Positions 28,470-39,089 of a stretch of DNA of 64,000 nucleotides are shown here, one piece after another (position 1 is the first letter of the stretch; each line of letters starts with the position of its first letter). Source of the stretch: an uncultured Clostridium sp. GTDB taxonomy: Bacteria > Bacillota > Clostridia > TANB77 > CAG-465. The DNA lies in assembly GCA_947361355.1 (NCBI GenBank), contig CANAIR010000004.1:17226-81225 (forward strand). Reading direction: 5' to 3'. The notes under the pieces are model-generated. The model was not told the origin of the DNA. It was given only the letters and a program-made list of their open reading frames with translations, and ran no database searches. Position numbers and translations under genes: made by a program.

Positions 28470-30617
28470 CTAATAATTTAATTTATACAAGTAATAGCTG
28501 TCTTCATAATACAACTTTTCAAATTTTACACTACTATTTGTATACTTTTCTAAATCTCTTATCGAGCATATATATTTAACTCCTAATTTTTTTAACATAT
28601 CATTATTTAATTTTAATTTTATACAGTCTAAACCTACAAGCTCTAAATCACATTCATCATCTACAATATTAACTATAATATGAGCATATCTATTATATAT
28701 TTTTCTTATTTTTTCATCATCTGCTTTATCACCAAATATTTCTTTCATAAGATCAAAATTTGGATAATAATTAGTTGAATTAATAATTTTTGTTCCAAGA
28801 GCTGCTAGATAATTTGGAACTGTAATATTAGGATTTTCTGCAATCCATAAAGCATTACCATCTTCATTTACTATTTTAGATACTTCTTTACTTAATGGCT
28901 TTTCATATATTACATCTATATCCTTTAATATAGGATTTACAAATACGCCTGATAAAATTGCTAAAAATGCTAAAAATCCCATTAAATATTTTTTATTTTC
29001 CTCTTTATTAATTGTAAACATAAAGTATATTGAAAATAACATTAATATACCAGATACATATGTTTTTAATGAACCTAAATAGTTTTGTGGTACAGTTTTT
29101 AATGCTATTATCATTATTATAGTAGTTAGTATAACAGATAAAATAACTCCAATTTTTTTACTTACTATTTTTTCTTCTTTATTTACATTAGCAAGTAAAT
29201 AAATAATCAATAATACTTGTGCAAATCCTAAAGGTATAGCTACCCTTTTTGCTGGTGACATATAAAGTAAGGTAAGTTTTGCAAATATTGAATTAGTTGG
29301 TATAAGCGTCCATATACCAAAAATTGCACTAACAATTAATATTGGTATCAAAAACTTATAATGTTCTTTTCTATTTTTACTATTTATCATTAGTATTAAA
29401 GCAATAATCATAGGTATTGGAAAAAATGATATCATGCTTGAAACTTCACATGGATTTTCCATACCATAAAATGGCAAATAAATTGAATATACATATGAAA
29501 ATAATGTTTTAGCGGCTCCGCCACCAACTTCAAATCTTTGACCTGGATAATCTGTATTTAAAACAAAATTCAAAGTTTCTTTTGAAAGATTATAATATCT
29601 TAAAATTATTAACAAAACTGCAATAATTGCAATAACAAAAGATATTATATCTTTTTTATTTATTTTATATTCTTTTCTATTTTTTATAACTATAAATATA
29701 AATAATGCTAAATATACATATGCAAAAGGTATTAACCATGCTGGATAAAATGTAAACACATAAGATACTGCAAGTACTGCAATAGATGCTACACATATAT
29801 ATTTTATCCACTGTTTTTTAGATACCATAAATTTGTCTATAAGTACAATTGCTAAGTTACCAATTATTAAAATATCTGCTATAAAGTTTGAATACCACCA
29901 TTGCACAGCTGGTGAAAATGTTATAAGTAACATTCCAACTAAAGATACAATCTTTTTATTTTTTGAAATTACCATACACAGCTCAAATGAAACAAGCATT
30001 AATGCGATAAGTCTTCCAAACCACCAAAATGAAAGCCCTACTTTATTACCAAAAATATACCCAATATTAAATAGTTTTCCAATAGATACTATATCTAAAA
30101 CAGGTGCATTAATTATAGTGAACATATCTGTTTTAGTTCCTCTTATATTAAATGTAAAATACGGAAGCATATTATTGTTTTTATTTTGTGAAAATGAAAG
30201 TGGAGTATTAACTCCCCATTCATCTGATCTAATTGGTCTTTCATGTCCAAGCACTACATTATAGCTTTTGTCATCTATACTTGCTTGAATAACTTTATTA
30301 TAGTTTGATATAGATGAACCTGAATAACCCATTATTACTATAAAAATTAGTGTTACAAGTGCTATTAAATATCTCTTTTTATAGATAAAGTTATACATTT
30401 TTTCTAACTTAATTATAAAGTGCATACCTATAAAATACAAACCTAATGATACTATAAGTACTCTATCAAACGACATAAATCCATACATTTTCTTAAAAAA
30501 ATATATATCAGATAGAGTTGATACTAAAATAGTCACTATAAATAAAATTATAAGTTTAATAATAGTATAATTATCTTTATCAAATATTTTCTTTATTTTT
30601 TCATTATATTTTTCCAT
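28470..30617 (-). CDS. large polytopic GT-C-type membrane glycosyltransferase candidate (YfhO-like role)
   Basis: 715 aa. More than 12 TM helices followed by a C-terminal soluble domain of about 150 aa. Adjacent to the GtrB-like gene. Confidence 0.6.
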   Translation of the reverse strand: MEKYNEKIKKIFDKDNYTIIKLIILFIVTILVSTLSDIYFFKKMYGFMSFDRVLIVSLGLYFIGMHFIIKLEKMYNFIYKKRYLIALVTLIFIVIMGYSGSSISNYNKVIQASIDDKSYNVVLGHERPIRSDEWGVNTPLSFSQNKNNNMLPYFTFNIRGTKTDMFTIINAPVLDIVSIGKLFNIGYIFGNKVGLSFWWFGRLIALMLVSFELCMVISKNKKIVSLVGMLLITFSPAVQWWYSNFIADILIIGNLAIVLIDKFMVSKKQWIKYICVASIAVLAVSYVFTFYPAWLIPFAYVYLALFIFIVIKNRKEYKINKKDIISFVIAIIAVLLIILRYYNLSKETLNFVLNTDYPGQRFEVGGGAAKTLFSYVYSIYLPFYGMENPCEVSSMISFFPIPMIIALILMINSKNRKEHYKFLIPILIVSAIFGIWTLIPTNSIFAKLTLLYMSPAKRVAIPLGFAQVLLIIYLLANVNKEEKIVSKKIGVILSVILTTIIMIIALKTVPQNYLGSLKTYVSGILMLFSIYFMFTINKEENKKYLMGFLAFLAILSGVFVNPILKDIDVIYEKPLSKEVSKIVNEDGNALWIAENPNITVPNYLAALGTKIINSTNYYPNFDLMKEIFGDKADDEKIRKIYNRYAHIIVNIVDDECDLELVGLDCIKLKLNNDMLKKLGVKYICSIRDLEKYTNSSVKFEKLYYEDSYYLYKLNY

Positions 30618-30640
30618 TTTAATCCCCTTGTTTATTTATA

Positions 30641-32470
30641 TTATTTATTGTATTCTATTTTATTTGAATTAATTGCATAAAAAGGTTGGTCAAGCCTAAA
30701 GTTTGGATTAAAATATGGATCACCTTTTTGCAAAACATCTTTCCATTTATTAATAAATTTATTTGCTTCTTCTTGAAGCCTTTCTTGCTTTTCTTTAGTT
30801 GTATCCTGTCCACGAGTTTTTGATTCATAATGATATAATAATACATATGGATTATATACAATTAATTTACCAAGTTTTCTTATTTTAAGACAAAAATCTA
30901 CATCATTATATGAAACCATAAATTCTTCATCAAATCCTTCAACTTCATCATATATACTCTTTTTTACCATCATACATGCAGCTGTTACTGCTGATACATT
31001 ATTTACAACTAAAGACCTAGCCATATATCCTAAACTATTTACATCTGTTCTATAATTTATATGTCCAGCTGTATGATGTGCTCCAAGCCCTAATACAACA
31101 CCAGCATGTTGTATTGTATTATCTGGATACAAAAGTTTTCCTCCAACTGCACCAACATCTTCTCTTTGGCAAAAACCAAGCATTTCTTCTATCCAAGTTT
31201 TCTCAACAATTTCTGTATCATTATTCAAAAATATATAATAATCCCCTGTTGCTTGTTTTACTCCGAAATTATTTATTTTAGAATAATTAAACCCTTTTTC
31301 TTTATAATATACTACCTTTATATTTGCTTCATTTTCAAGTTCTTTATAATACTCAAATATCTCTTTAGATTCACTATTATTCTCGATAATAATAATTTCA
31401 TAATTTTTATATGTTGAAATTTTTATAGAATTAATACATTTTTTCAAATCTTCTAATGAATCTTTATTCGGAATTATTATTGAAACTTTAGGATTTCCAA
31501 TTACATCATAAGTTATTTTGTAATAACCTTTACATTTTCCATCTGTTACAGTTCCTTTAAGACCCAACCTTTTTATATGATCAGTTAATGCTTTTTTTGC
31601 TGCATCATAGCAATATGGTTTTGCTTCTGCAAACATAGCAACTGATAATCTATGTACTCTCCAATGATATAATATTTTTGGAATGTGAATTATATTTTTA
31701 GTAAGTTCAGTGGCCCTTAAAATTATATCATAATCTTGACTTCCATCATATTCCTTTCTTAAACCACCTAACTTGTCCATCAATTCTTTTTTATAAACAC
31801 TAAAATGACAAATATAATTATTAGTTCTAAATAGATCTGGTGCAAAATCTGATTTAAAGTGATAATCATATCTATATATACTTTCTTGATCAATTTTATC
31901 TTCATCAGTATATATAAATTCTACTTCTGGATTTTCATTTATTGTTTTTACTATCTCATACAGACAATCTGGTGACAAAGTATCATCATGATCAAGTAAT
32001 GCGACAAAATCTCCTGTTACATACTTCAAAGTAGCATTTGTATTACCTGATATTCCTTCGTTTTTATCCAATTTTTCATACTTAATTCTTTTATCTGATG
32101 CCACTATTTTATCTATAAAATCAGCCTTATCAGGACTACCATCACCAAGGCACAGTTCCCAATTTCCATAAGTTTGAGCCTTTAGTGAGTCTACCAGTTC
32201 TACGAAAAAATTTTTAGGCGTATTATACATTGGTACTAATATGCTGATTTTTGGATTTTTATCAAATTTTGTTTTTCTTTGACCTTCCAAATCTTTCTTT
32301 GTTGGATCATTATTTTTTATCCATGTATCATAGTCCTTATCTTTTGACTTTATCTTACCATGAAATAGCTCATATATTTTAAAATATACATCACTAAAAA
32401 ACTTTCTTCTTTTACTTCCTCTTGGAAATACCTTATCAATTCCGTTTCTTAATTTACTTTTTATACTCAA
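30641..32470 (-). CDS. two-domain GT2 glycosyltransferase, paralog C
   Basis: 609 aa, TTG start. GT2 domain 1 (ISILVPMYNT...LDHDD) and GT2 domain 2 (VSIIIPNKD...LNNDTE...YHYESKTRG). Confidence 0.85.
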   Translation of the reverse strand: MSIKSKLRNGIDKVFPRGSKRRKFFSDVYFKIYELFHGKIKSKDKDYDTWIKNNDPTKKDLEGQRKTKFDKNPKISILVPMYNTPKNFFVELVDSLKAQTYGNWELCLGDGSPDKADFIDKIVASDKRIKYEKLDKNEGISGNTNATLKYVTGDFVALLDHDDTLSPDCLYEIVKTINENPEVEFIYTDEDKIDQESIYRYDYHFKSDFAPDLFRTNNYICHFSVYKKELMDKLGGLRKEYDGSQDYDIILRATELTKNIIHIPKILYHWRVHRLSVAMFAEAKPYCYDAAKKALTDHIKRLGLKGTVTDGKCKGYYKITYDVIGNPKVSIIIPNKDSLEDLKKCINSIKISTYKNYEIIIIENNSESKEIFEYYKELENEANIKVVYYKEKGFNYSKINNFGVKQATGDYYIFLNNDTEIVEKTWIEEMLGFCQREDVGAVGGKLLYPDNTIQHAGVVLGLGAHHTAGHINYRTDVNSLGYMARSLVVNNVSAVTAACMMVKKSIYDEVEGFDEEFMVSYNDVDFCLKIRKLGKLIVYNPYVLLYHYESKTRGQDTTKEKQERLQEEANKFINKWKDVLQKGDPYFNPNFRLDQPFYAINSNKIEYNK

Positions 32471-32487
32471 TCCTTTTTCCCACCTTT

Positions 32488-34251
32488 TTAATCTTTATTT
32501 ACCAAATAATTTTCAATATCTAATCTTAAATTAGGATTAAAATATCTATCACTTTTCATTTTTTCATACCATTTTTGTTTTAAAATATTTATATCATTTT
32601 CTAAATATATATTATTTTTTGAAATTTTTACATAGTCATTAACCTTTGCAAACGAATTATATACATTTACAAATCCTTTATCTAATAATTTCAAACATAA
32701 ATCTACATCATAAAAATCATTTTCAAAGTTTTTATCATATCCATTTATTATTTCAAAATTTGATTTTTTTATCATCGCACACTTAGAACTTACAGCACTA
32801 TAATTGTTTACAACTACTGCTCTTGAATAATATCCTGGTATAAAGTCTGGTAAATATCTATTAACATTTCCAATATTTCCTTTCATACCGAGTACATAAC
32901 CAGCACTTTCTATTGTGTTATTTGGATATAATATTTTTGCTCCAACCATACCAACATTTTCCCTTTGACATAGTCCCAACATTTCTTCTATAAAGTCAGT
33001 AGTTATTATTCTTATATTAGCATCCATAAATACAATATATTCTCCAGTTGCTTTACTAACTGCTAGATTGTTCATAGTAGCATAATTAATTTTTTCTATA
33101 TTTTCATCTTTTACATTAATTACGCAAATATCAATTACTTTTTTATATATTTCTAAAATTTTGTTAAAATCTACTTTATTATTACCATCATTTATTAATA
33201 ACACTTCTACATTTTTATATGTAGAATTTAATAAATAGTTTAAACATAAACATATTTGTTTATATTTACAGATATTTGATATAATTATTGATACTTTAGT
33301 ATTATTATATAGTTCATAATCTATTTTATAAAATCCTAGTGTAAAACCATGCTTTACTTTTGCTTTTATATTTTTTCTTTCTAAATGAGATGTTAGTGCA
33401 AGAATTGCTGACTCATAGGCGTATGGTTTTGCCTCTGACATCATTGCGGTAGAATTTCTATGCACTCTCCATGAGTATAATACTTTCGGAATATGTACTA
33501 TTTTTTCTGCCATTTCAGTAGCTCTTAAAATTATATCATAATCCTGACTTCCGTCAAACTCACTTCTAAAACCACCTAATTTTTCCATTAAACTTCTTTT
33601 AAATATACTAAGGTGTGTTATATAATTATAACTTCTTAAAGTATCTTCTGAAAAATCTGGTTTAAAAGAAGGATCATATCTATCATTTAAACTATCATGA
33701 AATTTATCTTCATCTGTATAAAGAAATTCAGCATCTGGATTTTCATTTATAGACTTTACTATTTCATAAAGTGTGAATGGAAGTAATAAATCATCATGGT
33801 CAAGAAGTCCAATATAATCTCCTGTTGCAATCTTTAAAGCTCCATTTGTATTATATGATATTCCACCATTTTTGTCCAATTTTTCATATTTTATTCTTTC
33901 ATCACTATTTATTACCTCATCTACATATGCAGGTGTTTTTGGACTACCATCAGCTAAGCAAAGTTCCCAATTTCCATATGTTTGTGATTTTAATGAATCT
34001 ATCATTTGAACAAAAAACTCTTTAGGAGTTTCATACATTGGTACTAATATACTTATTTTTGGCATATTTTCAAATTTAACTTCTTTTTGTCTATTTAACT
34101 CATTTTCATCAGGCTCATTATTTTTAATCCATTCAAGATAATCTTTATTATCAGCATAATCTATAATAGCCTCTTTAGACTTACATCTATACGTTTTATA
34201 TTTCAAAAAGTAATATACTTTTTTTATAAGATTTTTTATTTTAGATTTCAT
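32488..34251 (-). CDS. two-domain GT2 glycosyltransferase, paralog B (second domain degenerate)
   Basis: 587 aa. Domain 1 is intact (ISILVPMYET...LDHDD). Domain 2 has FMDANI in place of LNND(T/V)E and lacks the HYES.TRG motif. Confidence 0.8.
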   Translation of the reverse strand: MKSKIKNLIKKVYYFLKYKTYRCKSKEAIIDYADNKDYLEWIKNNEPDENELNRQKEVKFENMPKISILVPMYETPKEFFVQMIDSLKSQTYGNWELCLADGSPKTPAYVDEVINSDERIKYEKLDKNGGISYNTNGALKIATGDYIGLLDHDDLLLPFTLYEIVKSINENPDAEFLYTDEDKFHDSLNDRYDPSFKPDFSEDTLRSYNYITHLSIFKRSLMEKLGGFRSEFDGSQDYDIILRATEMAEKIVHIPKVLYSWRVHRNSTAMMSEAKPYAYESAILALTSHLERKNIKAKVKHGFTLGFYKIDYELYNNTKVSIIISNICKYKQICLCLNYLLNSTYKNVEVLLINDGNNKVDFNKILEIYKKVIDICVINVKDENIEKINYATMNNLAVSKATGEYIVFMDANIRIITTDFIEEMLGLCQRENVGMVGAKILYPNNTIESAGYVLGMKGNIGNVNRYLPDFIPGYYSRAVVVNNYSAVSSKCAMIKKSNFEIINGYDKNFENDFYDVDLCLKLLDKGFVNVYNSFAKVNDYVKISKNNIYLENDINILKQKWYEKMKSDRYFNPNLRLDIENYLVNKD

Positions 34252-34271
34252 ACTATTTTAAATTTCACCTC

Positions 34272-36095
34272 TTAAATTACTTTCTGCGTAGATATACTAA
34301 ATTTGTCACTTTCTCTAGAAAAATTAATATTAAAATATGGATCTTTTAATTTTGTAATATCACTCCATTTATTAATAAATTTTTCTTTTTCCATTTCAAA
34401 TCTTCTATCTTTTTCAACTGTAAATTCATAACCTCTAGTCATAGACTCATAATGTATCAATTCTATATATGGATTATACACAATTAAATAGCCCTTTTGT
34501 CTTATTTTCAAACAAAAATCAACATCATTAAAAGCTACTTTAAAATCTTCATCCATATAACCTACTTGCTCATATATTTCTCTTTTAGAAAATAAACAAG
34601 CACCAGTAACTGCACTTAAATTTTGTGTTAAGCATTCTCTTGCAAAATATCCATGTGTACCATATTTTATCCTAGTTAAAAGATTAGCAGCTATTCCTCC
34701 AATTCCAATAGCAATACCAGCATGTTGTATAGATTTATCTTTATAGTAAAGTCTAGCTCCAACAGCTCCAACATCTTCTCTTTGACAAAAGCCTATAAAT
34801 TTTTCTAACCAATTTTTAGTTAATAGTTCCACATCATTATTGAGTTGAAGAATATATTCTCCATCTGAATTTTTAACTCCAAAATTAATTATTCTAGAAT
34901 AATTAAATTCATTTTCTAAATATTTTACAACTTTAACATTATGAATATTTGAAATTTTTTCATAATAATCAAATGTACTTTTTTTTACACTATTATTTTC
35001 TACTACTACAATTTCATAGTTCTCATATGTTGTAAGTTTTAAAATAGAATTTATACATCTTTTTAGTAATTTTATATTATCTTTATTTGGAATTACTATA
35101 GAAACTTTAGGTTTACCTATTAAGCTATATTCAACCTCATACACACCTGGAACATCTCCACCTTGAGAAACCTTTGCATCTATATTAAGTCTTTTTAAAT
35201 GATCCTCTATCACCAAAACTCCCGCCTCATAAGCATATGGTTTTGATTCGGATATCATAGCAGTAGAATTTTGATGCACTCTCCAATGATATAATACTTT
35301 AGAAATATGCACTATTTTTTTAGCATTTTCAACTGCTTTTATAATAACATCATAATCTTGCGCTCCATCATATTTAGAGTTAAAGCCACCTATTTTTTCC
35401 ATAAGAGATTTTTTAAATATACTAAAGTGTGTTATATAATTATTTGACCTTAATGTATCAATTGCAAAATCAGGTTTAAAATGAGGATCAAACCTTTCTA
35501 AAGTATCTGAATTTATTTTATCTTCATCAGTATATATAAATTCTACATCTGGATTTTCATTAATACATTTAACAATTTCATACAATGAAAAGTTTGGTAA
35601 TAAATCATCATGATCAAGAAGTCCTATAAAATTACCTGTTGCTAGACTTAAAGCTTCATTCGTATTTCCAGATATTCCTTTATTTTCTCCAATAAATTTA
35701 TATTTAATTCTTTCATCCTTTTTTACAATATCATCTACAAATTCAGCTTTTTTTGGACTTCCATCTGCAAGACAAAGCTCAAAATTTTTGTATGTTTGTC
35801 CTAACACACAATCAACAAGTTGTACAAAAAATTTTTCTTCTGTATTATACATTGGTACCACTAAACTTATTTTTGGCATATTTTTAAAAATTTCTTCTCT
35901 TTGAAGAGCCACTTCATTAAGCGTAGGTTCATTATTTTTTATCCATTCTTTATAGTTTTCTCTTTCAATTTCATAATATGTCTTTTTATTAAACAACTTA
36001 TTATATATTTTTCTATATAATTTTCTTACAGCATTTTTTACACCATATTTTTTTATATATAATTTAGCTTTATTATACACATTTTTTATATTCAT
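34272..36095 (-). CDS. two-domain GT2 glycosyltransferase, paralog A
   Basis: 607 aa. ISLVVPMYNT...LDHDD, then VSIVIPNKD...LNNDVE...IHYESMTRG. Confidence 0.85.
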   Translation of the reverse strand: MNIKNVYNKAKLYIKKYGVKNAVRKLYRKIYNKLFNKKTYYEIERENYKEWIKNNEPTLNEVALQREEIFKNMPKISLVVPMYNTEEKFFVQLVDCVLGQTYKNFELCLADGSPKKAEFVDDIVKKDERIKYKFIGENKGISGNTNEALSLATGNFIGLLDHDDLLPNFSLYEIVKCINENPDVEFIYTDEDKINSDTLERFDPHFKPDFAIDTLRSNNYITHFSIFKKSLMEKIGGFNSKYDGAQDYDVIIKAVENAKKIVHISKVLYHWRVHQNSTAMISESKPYAYEAGVLVIEDHLKRLNIDAKVSQGGDVPGVYEVEYSLIGKPKVSIVIPNKDNIKLLKRCINSILKLTTYENYEIVVVENNSVKKSTFDYYEKISNIHNVKVVKYLENEFNYSRIINFGVKNSDGEYILQLNNDVELLTKNWLEKFIGFCQREDVGAVGARLYYKDKSIQHAGIAIGIGGIAANLLTRIKYGTHGYFARECLTQNLSAVTGACLFSKREIYEQVGYMDEDFKVAFNDVDFCLKIRQKGYLIVYNPYIELIHYESMTRGYEFTVEKDRRFEMEKEKFINKWSDITKLKDPYFNINFSRESDKFSISTQKVI

Positions 36096-36119
36096 ATCTC
36101 CTCCATAGATAAAACATAA

Positions 36120-37907
36120 CTATTTTTTTCTCATGTTTTCTCCAATTTTTCTTAGTGGCTCTGTAATTTTCCATGCCCTTGAATCATATATTCCCGTTAA
36201 TTCATTTTTTAAATTTTCTATCTGCTCTTTTAAAATTTTTATTTCATTATCTTTATTTTCAATTTTATTTTCTAGCATTATAATTTTATTGTTTAACTTT
36301 TCTTCATTTACTCTTAAATTTAATACATAAGTTCCTTTAGTATGTAAATTCCACATGATTTCATTTCTTATCTTTTCTTGAATTTTATCATCTAATTTAT
36401 CGAATAATCTAATCTTATCCTTACTTATGTCTAATACTTCAAACAACTCTTCATCACTAATATATTTTTTTATTCTTGTAAAATATTTTATTGCTCTATA
36501 TATAATAAATTCAAAAGGTAAATTTTCCTCTATCCATTCTTGGTCATAAAAATAAAATTCTCCATTTATATAAAAACAATTTTGAAATACTAAATCCCAT
36601 AAACCATTTTTTATAAAAGTCATATTTTTAATATCTTTTTTTTCGTATTCAACATTATATTTATCAAAAACATTTTCACAACTTTTATCTTCTGACTTTT
36701 CTAATTTTTGTAGCAACTCTTCACCAAAAAGTTTCATTAAATTTATTGCTTCATCTTTTTTTGAAGCTTTTACTAAATCAACTATAACTTTATCTAATGT
36801 ATGCGCATTTACATATTTACTGATTATTTTTTCTTCATCATATGAGTCAACAGTTTTTAAATTTGATTTTTTTATTATTTCTATATTTTTCTTTATGTTA
36901 TCTAAATGTTTTTTACTACAACTATTTCCAGAATATTTATATACATATTCATCTTCCATTATTGTTTTTATTTTATACTCTGGTTTTCTCATATTAGAAA
37001 ATGATACAAAACGAATATTTTTAGTTTTTATGTCACAATTACTTATCTCTACTAAATAAGAATTGGCAAACATTTTAAATGTATTACTTTCCTCTTGTAT
37101 AATATCTCTATATATTGGATTTTCTTCATAAAACTTAATTGTATCTTCACTATTATATACAATATTTCTTGATAGATTATCCTTTGATAATAACTTATCA
37201 TCAGAAAATATTGCATTTGTTAACTTATAATCTGGCATAGGATAATATACTTTTTTATATTTTAAGTCAAATTTTTCTATAACCCTCAAAATATCTTCTA
37301 AAGTATACAGTTTTTTATATGTACTATTTGTCACACTTATTCCTGTATTATCTGTTTTTGAAAAATACTTCATACCTAATTTATTATCAACAGCTATTAA
37401 TATTGTTCCATTTTCTTTCAAATATTTTTTTAGTAAATTTATAAAATCATCTAACTTACAATTACTTACACTGTTTATATTTTCTAAAGTTCCAACAAGT
37501 GTAATATAATCAAATTTTTCATTTATATCAATATTTTCTAAACTTCCTACTATCACTTCTAAATTTTGGACATCTTCATATCTCTTTTTTATAGCACTTG
37601 CTTTTTTTAGAGAATTTTCTATTGACACAACTCTTGAAGCATTTTTGCATAATACTTCTGTTAATTCTCCAAAATTAGGGCAAATTTCTAAAATAGCAGC
37701 CTCTTTGCCAAATGGATACCAATCTAATATATTTTGTCTATTTTTTGAAAGTGCAAGTATAACATCTAAATTAACATTCTCTTGCATTATTTTATAATAA
37801 TCTTCTTTATTATTTTCATTTATTATCTTTATAATTTCCTCTTCCTGTGCTGTCAAAGTTTCTTCTTGCTCTTTATAAAAATCCAAATTTAATTTCAAGC
37901 AACTCAC
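36120..37907 (-). CDS. WbdD-like protein: methyltransferase-fold N-domain (degenerate SAM loop) + kinase-like middle domain + coiled-coil tail
   Basis: 595 aa, GTG start (TTG 37898 is an alternative). LEICPNFGELT in place of the ExGxGxG loop. WDLVFQN...YDQEW spacing resembles a kinase catalytic loop plus metal-binding Asp. Heptad-rich tail ending YDSRAWKITEPLRKI. Confidence 0.6.
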   Translation of the reverse strand: MSCLKLNLDFYKEQEETLTAQEEEIIKIINENNKEDYYKIMQENVNLDVILALSKNRQNILDWYPFGKEAAILEICPNFGELTEVLCKNASRVVSIENSLKKASAIKKRYEDVQNLEVIVGSLENIDINEKFDYITLVGTLENINSVSNCKLDDFINLLKKYLKENGTILIAVDNKLGMKYFSKTDNTGISVTNSTYKKLYTLEDILRVIEKFDLKYKKVYYPMPDYKLTNAIFSDDKLLSKDNLSRNIVYNSEDTIKFYEENPIYRDIIQEESNTFKMFANSYLVEISNCDIKTKNIRFVSFSNMRKPEYKIKTIMEDEYVYKYSGNSCSKKHLDNIKKNIEIIKKSNLKTVDSYDEEKIISKYVNAHTLDKVIVDLVKASKKDEAINLMKLFGEELLQKLEKSEDKSCENVFDKYNVEYEKKDIKNMTFIKNGLWDLVFQNCFYINGEFYFYDQEWIEENLPFEFIIYRAIKYFTRIKKYISDEELFEVLDISKDKIRLFDKLDDKIQEKIRNEIMWNLHTKGTYVLNLRVNEEKLNNKIIMLENKIENKDNEIKILKEQIENLKNELTGIYDSRAWKITEPLRKIGENMRKK

Positions 37908-37931
37908 CTCATTTGATTTATTATATATATT

Positions 37932-39071
37932 CTATACTAATTTTTTAAATATATTTACGCTATCAAGTTTTTCCCAACAACATTCAACTAATTTTTTTTC
38001 ATCTAAATATTCTCTTCCAAAATGTCCACCATTACATGAATTAGAGTATACAGGTGTACGTAAATTTAATTTTTCAATTATTCCCTTTGGAGATAAATCA
38101 AAATTTTCATAAATTGCTTTTATTATTTTTTCTTCATCAACTTTATTTGTACCTTTACAATTTACACTAATAGAAATAGGTTGTGCAACTCCTATTGCAT
38201 ATGAAAGTTGAATTAAACATTCACTCGCAATTTTAGAAGCCACAATATTTTTAGATAAATATCTTGCCATATATGCAGCAGATCTATCAACTTTTGTAGG
38301 ATCTTTTCCAGAAAAAGCTCCCCCACCATGTGGAGCATAACCACCATAAGTATCTACTATTATTTTTCTTCCAGTAAGTCCTGCATCACCCTCAGGTCCA
38401 CCAATTACAAATCTACCCGTTGGATTTATAAGGATATTAAAATCTTCATTTAGTTTATATTTTCTTGCTACTACCTTCATAATATGTTCTACTATATATT
38501 TTTTAAACTTATCCTCATCATAATTTGCATCATGTTGTATTGACATTAATATAGTATCAACTTTAACTTGCTTTTGTGTATAATCTAGTGTTACTTGTGA
38601 TTTCATATCAGGTCCTGCCCACAAAAACTTACCTGATTTTCTAAGATCTGTTGCAAGTTTTACAAGTTCATGTGCCATAGTAATTGCAAGAGGCATATAC
38701 TGCGGTGTTTCACTATTTGCAAAACCAAACATAATACCTTGATCACCAGCCCCACCAACATCATCATTTGTTCCTAAAGCAATATCTTGCGACTGTTTTT
38801 GCAACAAATTTAATACTCTTGGTGTATATGTATAACCTATATTTTTTATAACTTTTTTTGCAATTTCTTCAACATTTATATTAGCTTTTGTTGTTATTTC
38901 ACCAGCAAGAATTACAAAATCACCTTTTACCATTGTCTCACATGCTACTCTTGAATATTTATCTTCCCTTAAACATGCGTCAAGTATTGAATCTGATATC
39001 ATATCACATACATGGTCGGGATGTCCAATTGAAACCGCCTCAGATGTAAATAGCCTTCTAAATTCACTCAT
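37932..39071 (-). CDS. metK: S-adenosylmethionine synthetase
   Basis: 379 aa. FTSEAVSIGHPDHVCD, GAGDQGIMFGFA and DTYGG motifs. Confidence 0.93.
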   Translation of the reverse strand: MSEFRRLFTSEAVSIGHPDHVCDMISDSILDACLREDKYSRVACETMVKGDFVILAGEITTKANINVEEIAKKVIKNIGYTYTPRVLNLLQKQSQDIALGTNDDVGGAGDQGIMFGFANSETPQYMPLAITMAHELVKLATDLRKSGKFLWAGPDMKSQVTLDYTQKQVKVDTILMSIQHDANYDEDKFKKYIVEHIMKVVARKYKLNEDFNILINPTGRFVIGGPEGDAGLTGRKIIVDTYGGYAPHGGGAFSGKDPTKVDRSAAYMARYLSKNIVASKIASECLIQLSYAIGVAQPISISVNCKGTNKVDEEKIIKAIYENFDLSPKGIIEKLNLRTPVYSNSCNGGHFGREYLDEKKLVECCWEKLDSVNIFKKLV

Positions 39072-39089
39072 ATTTTTACCTCACTTCTA

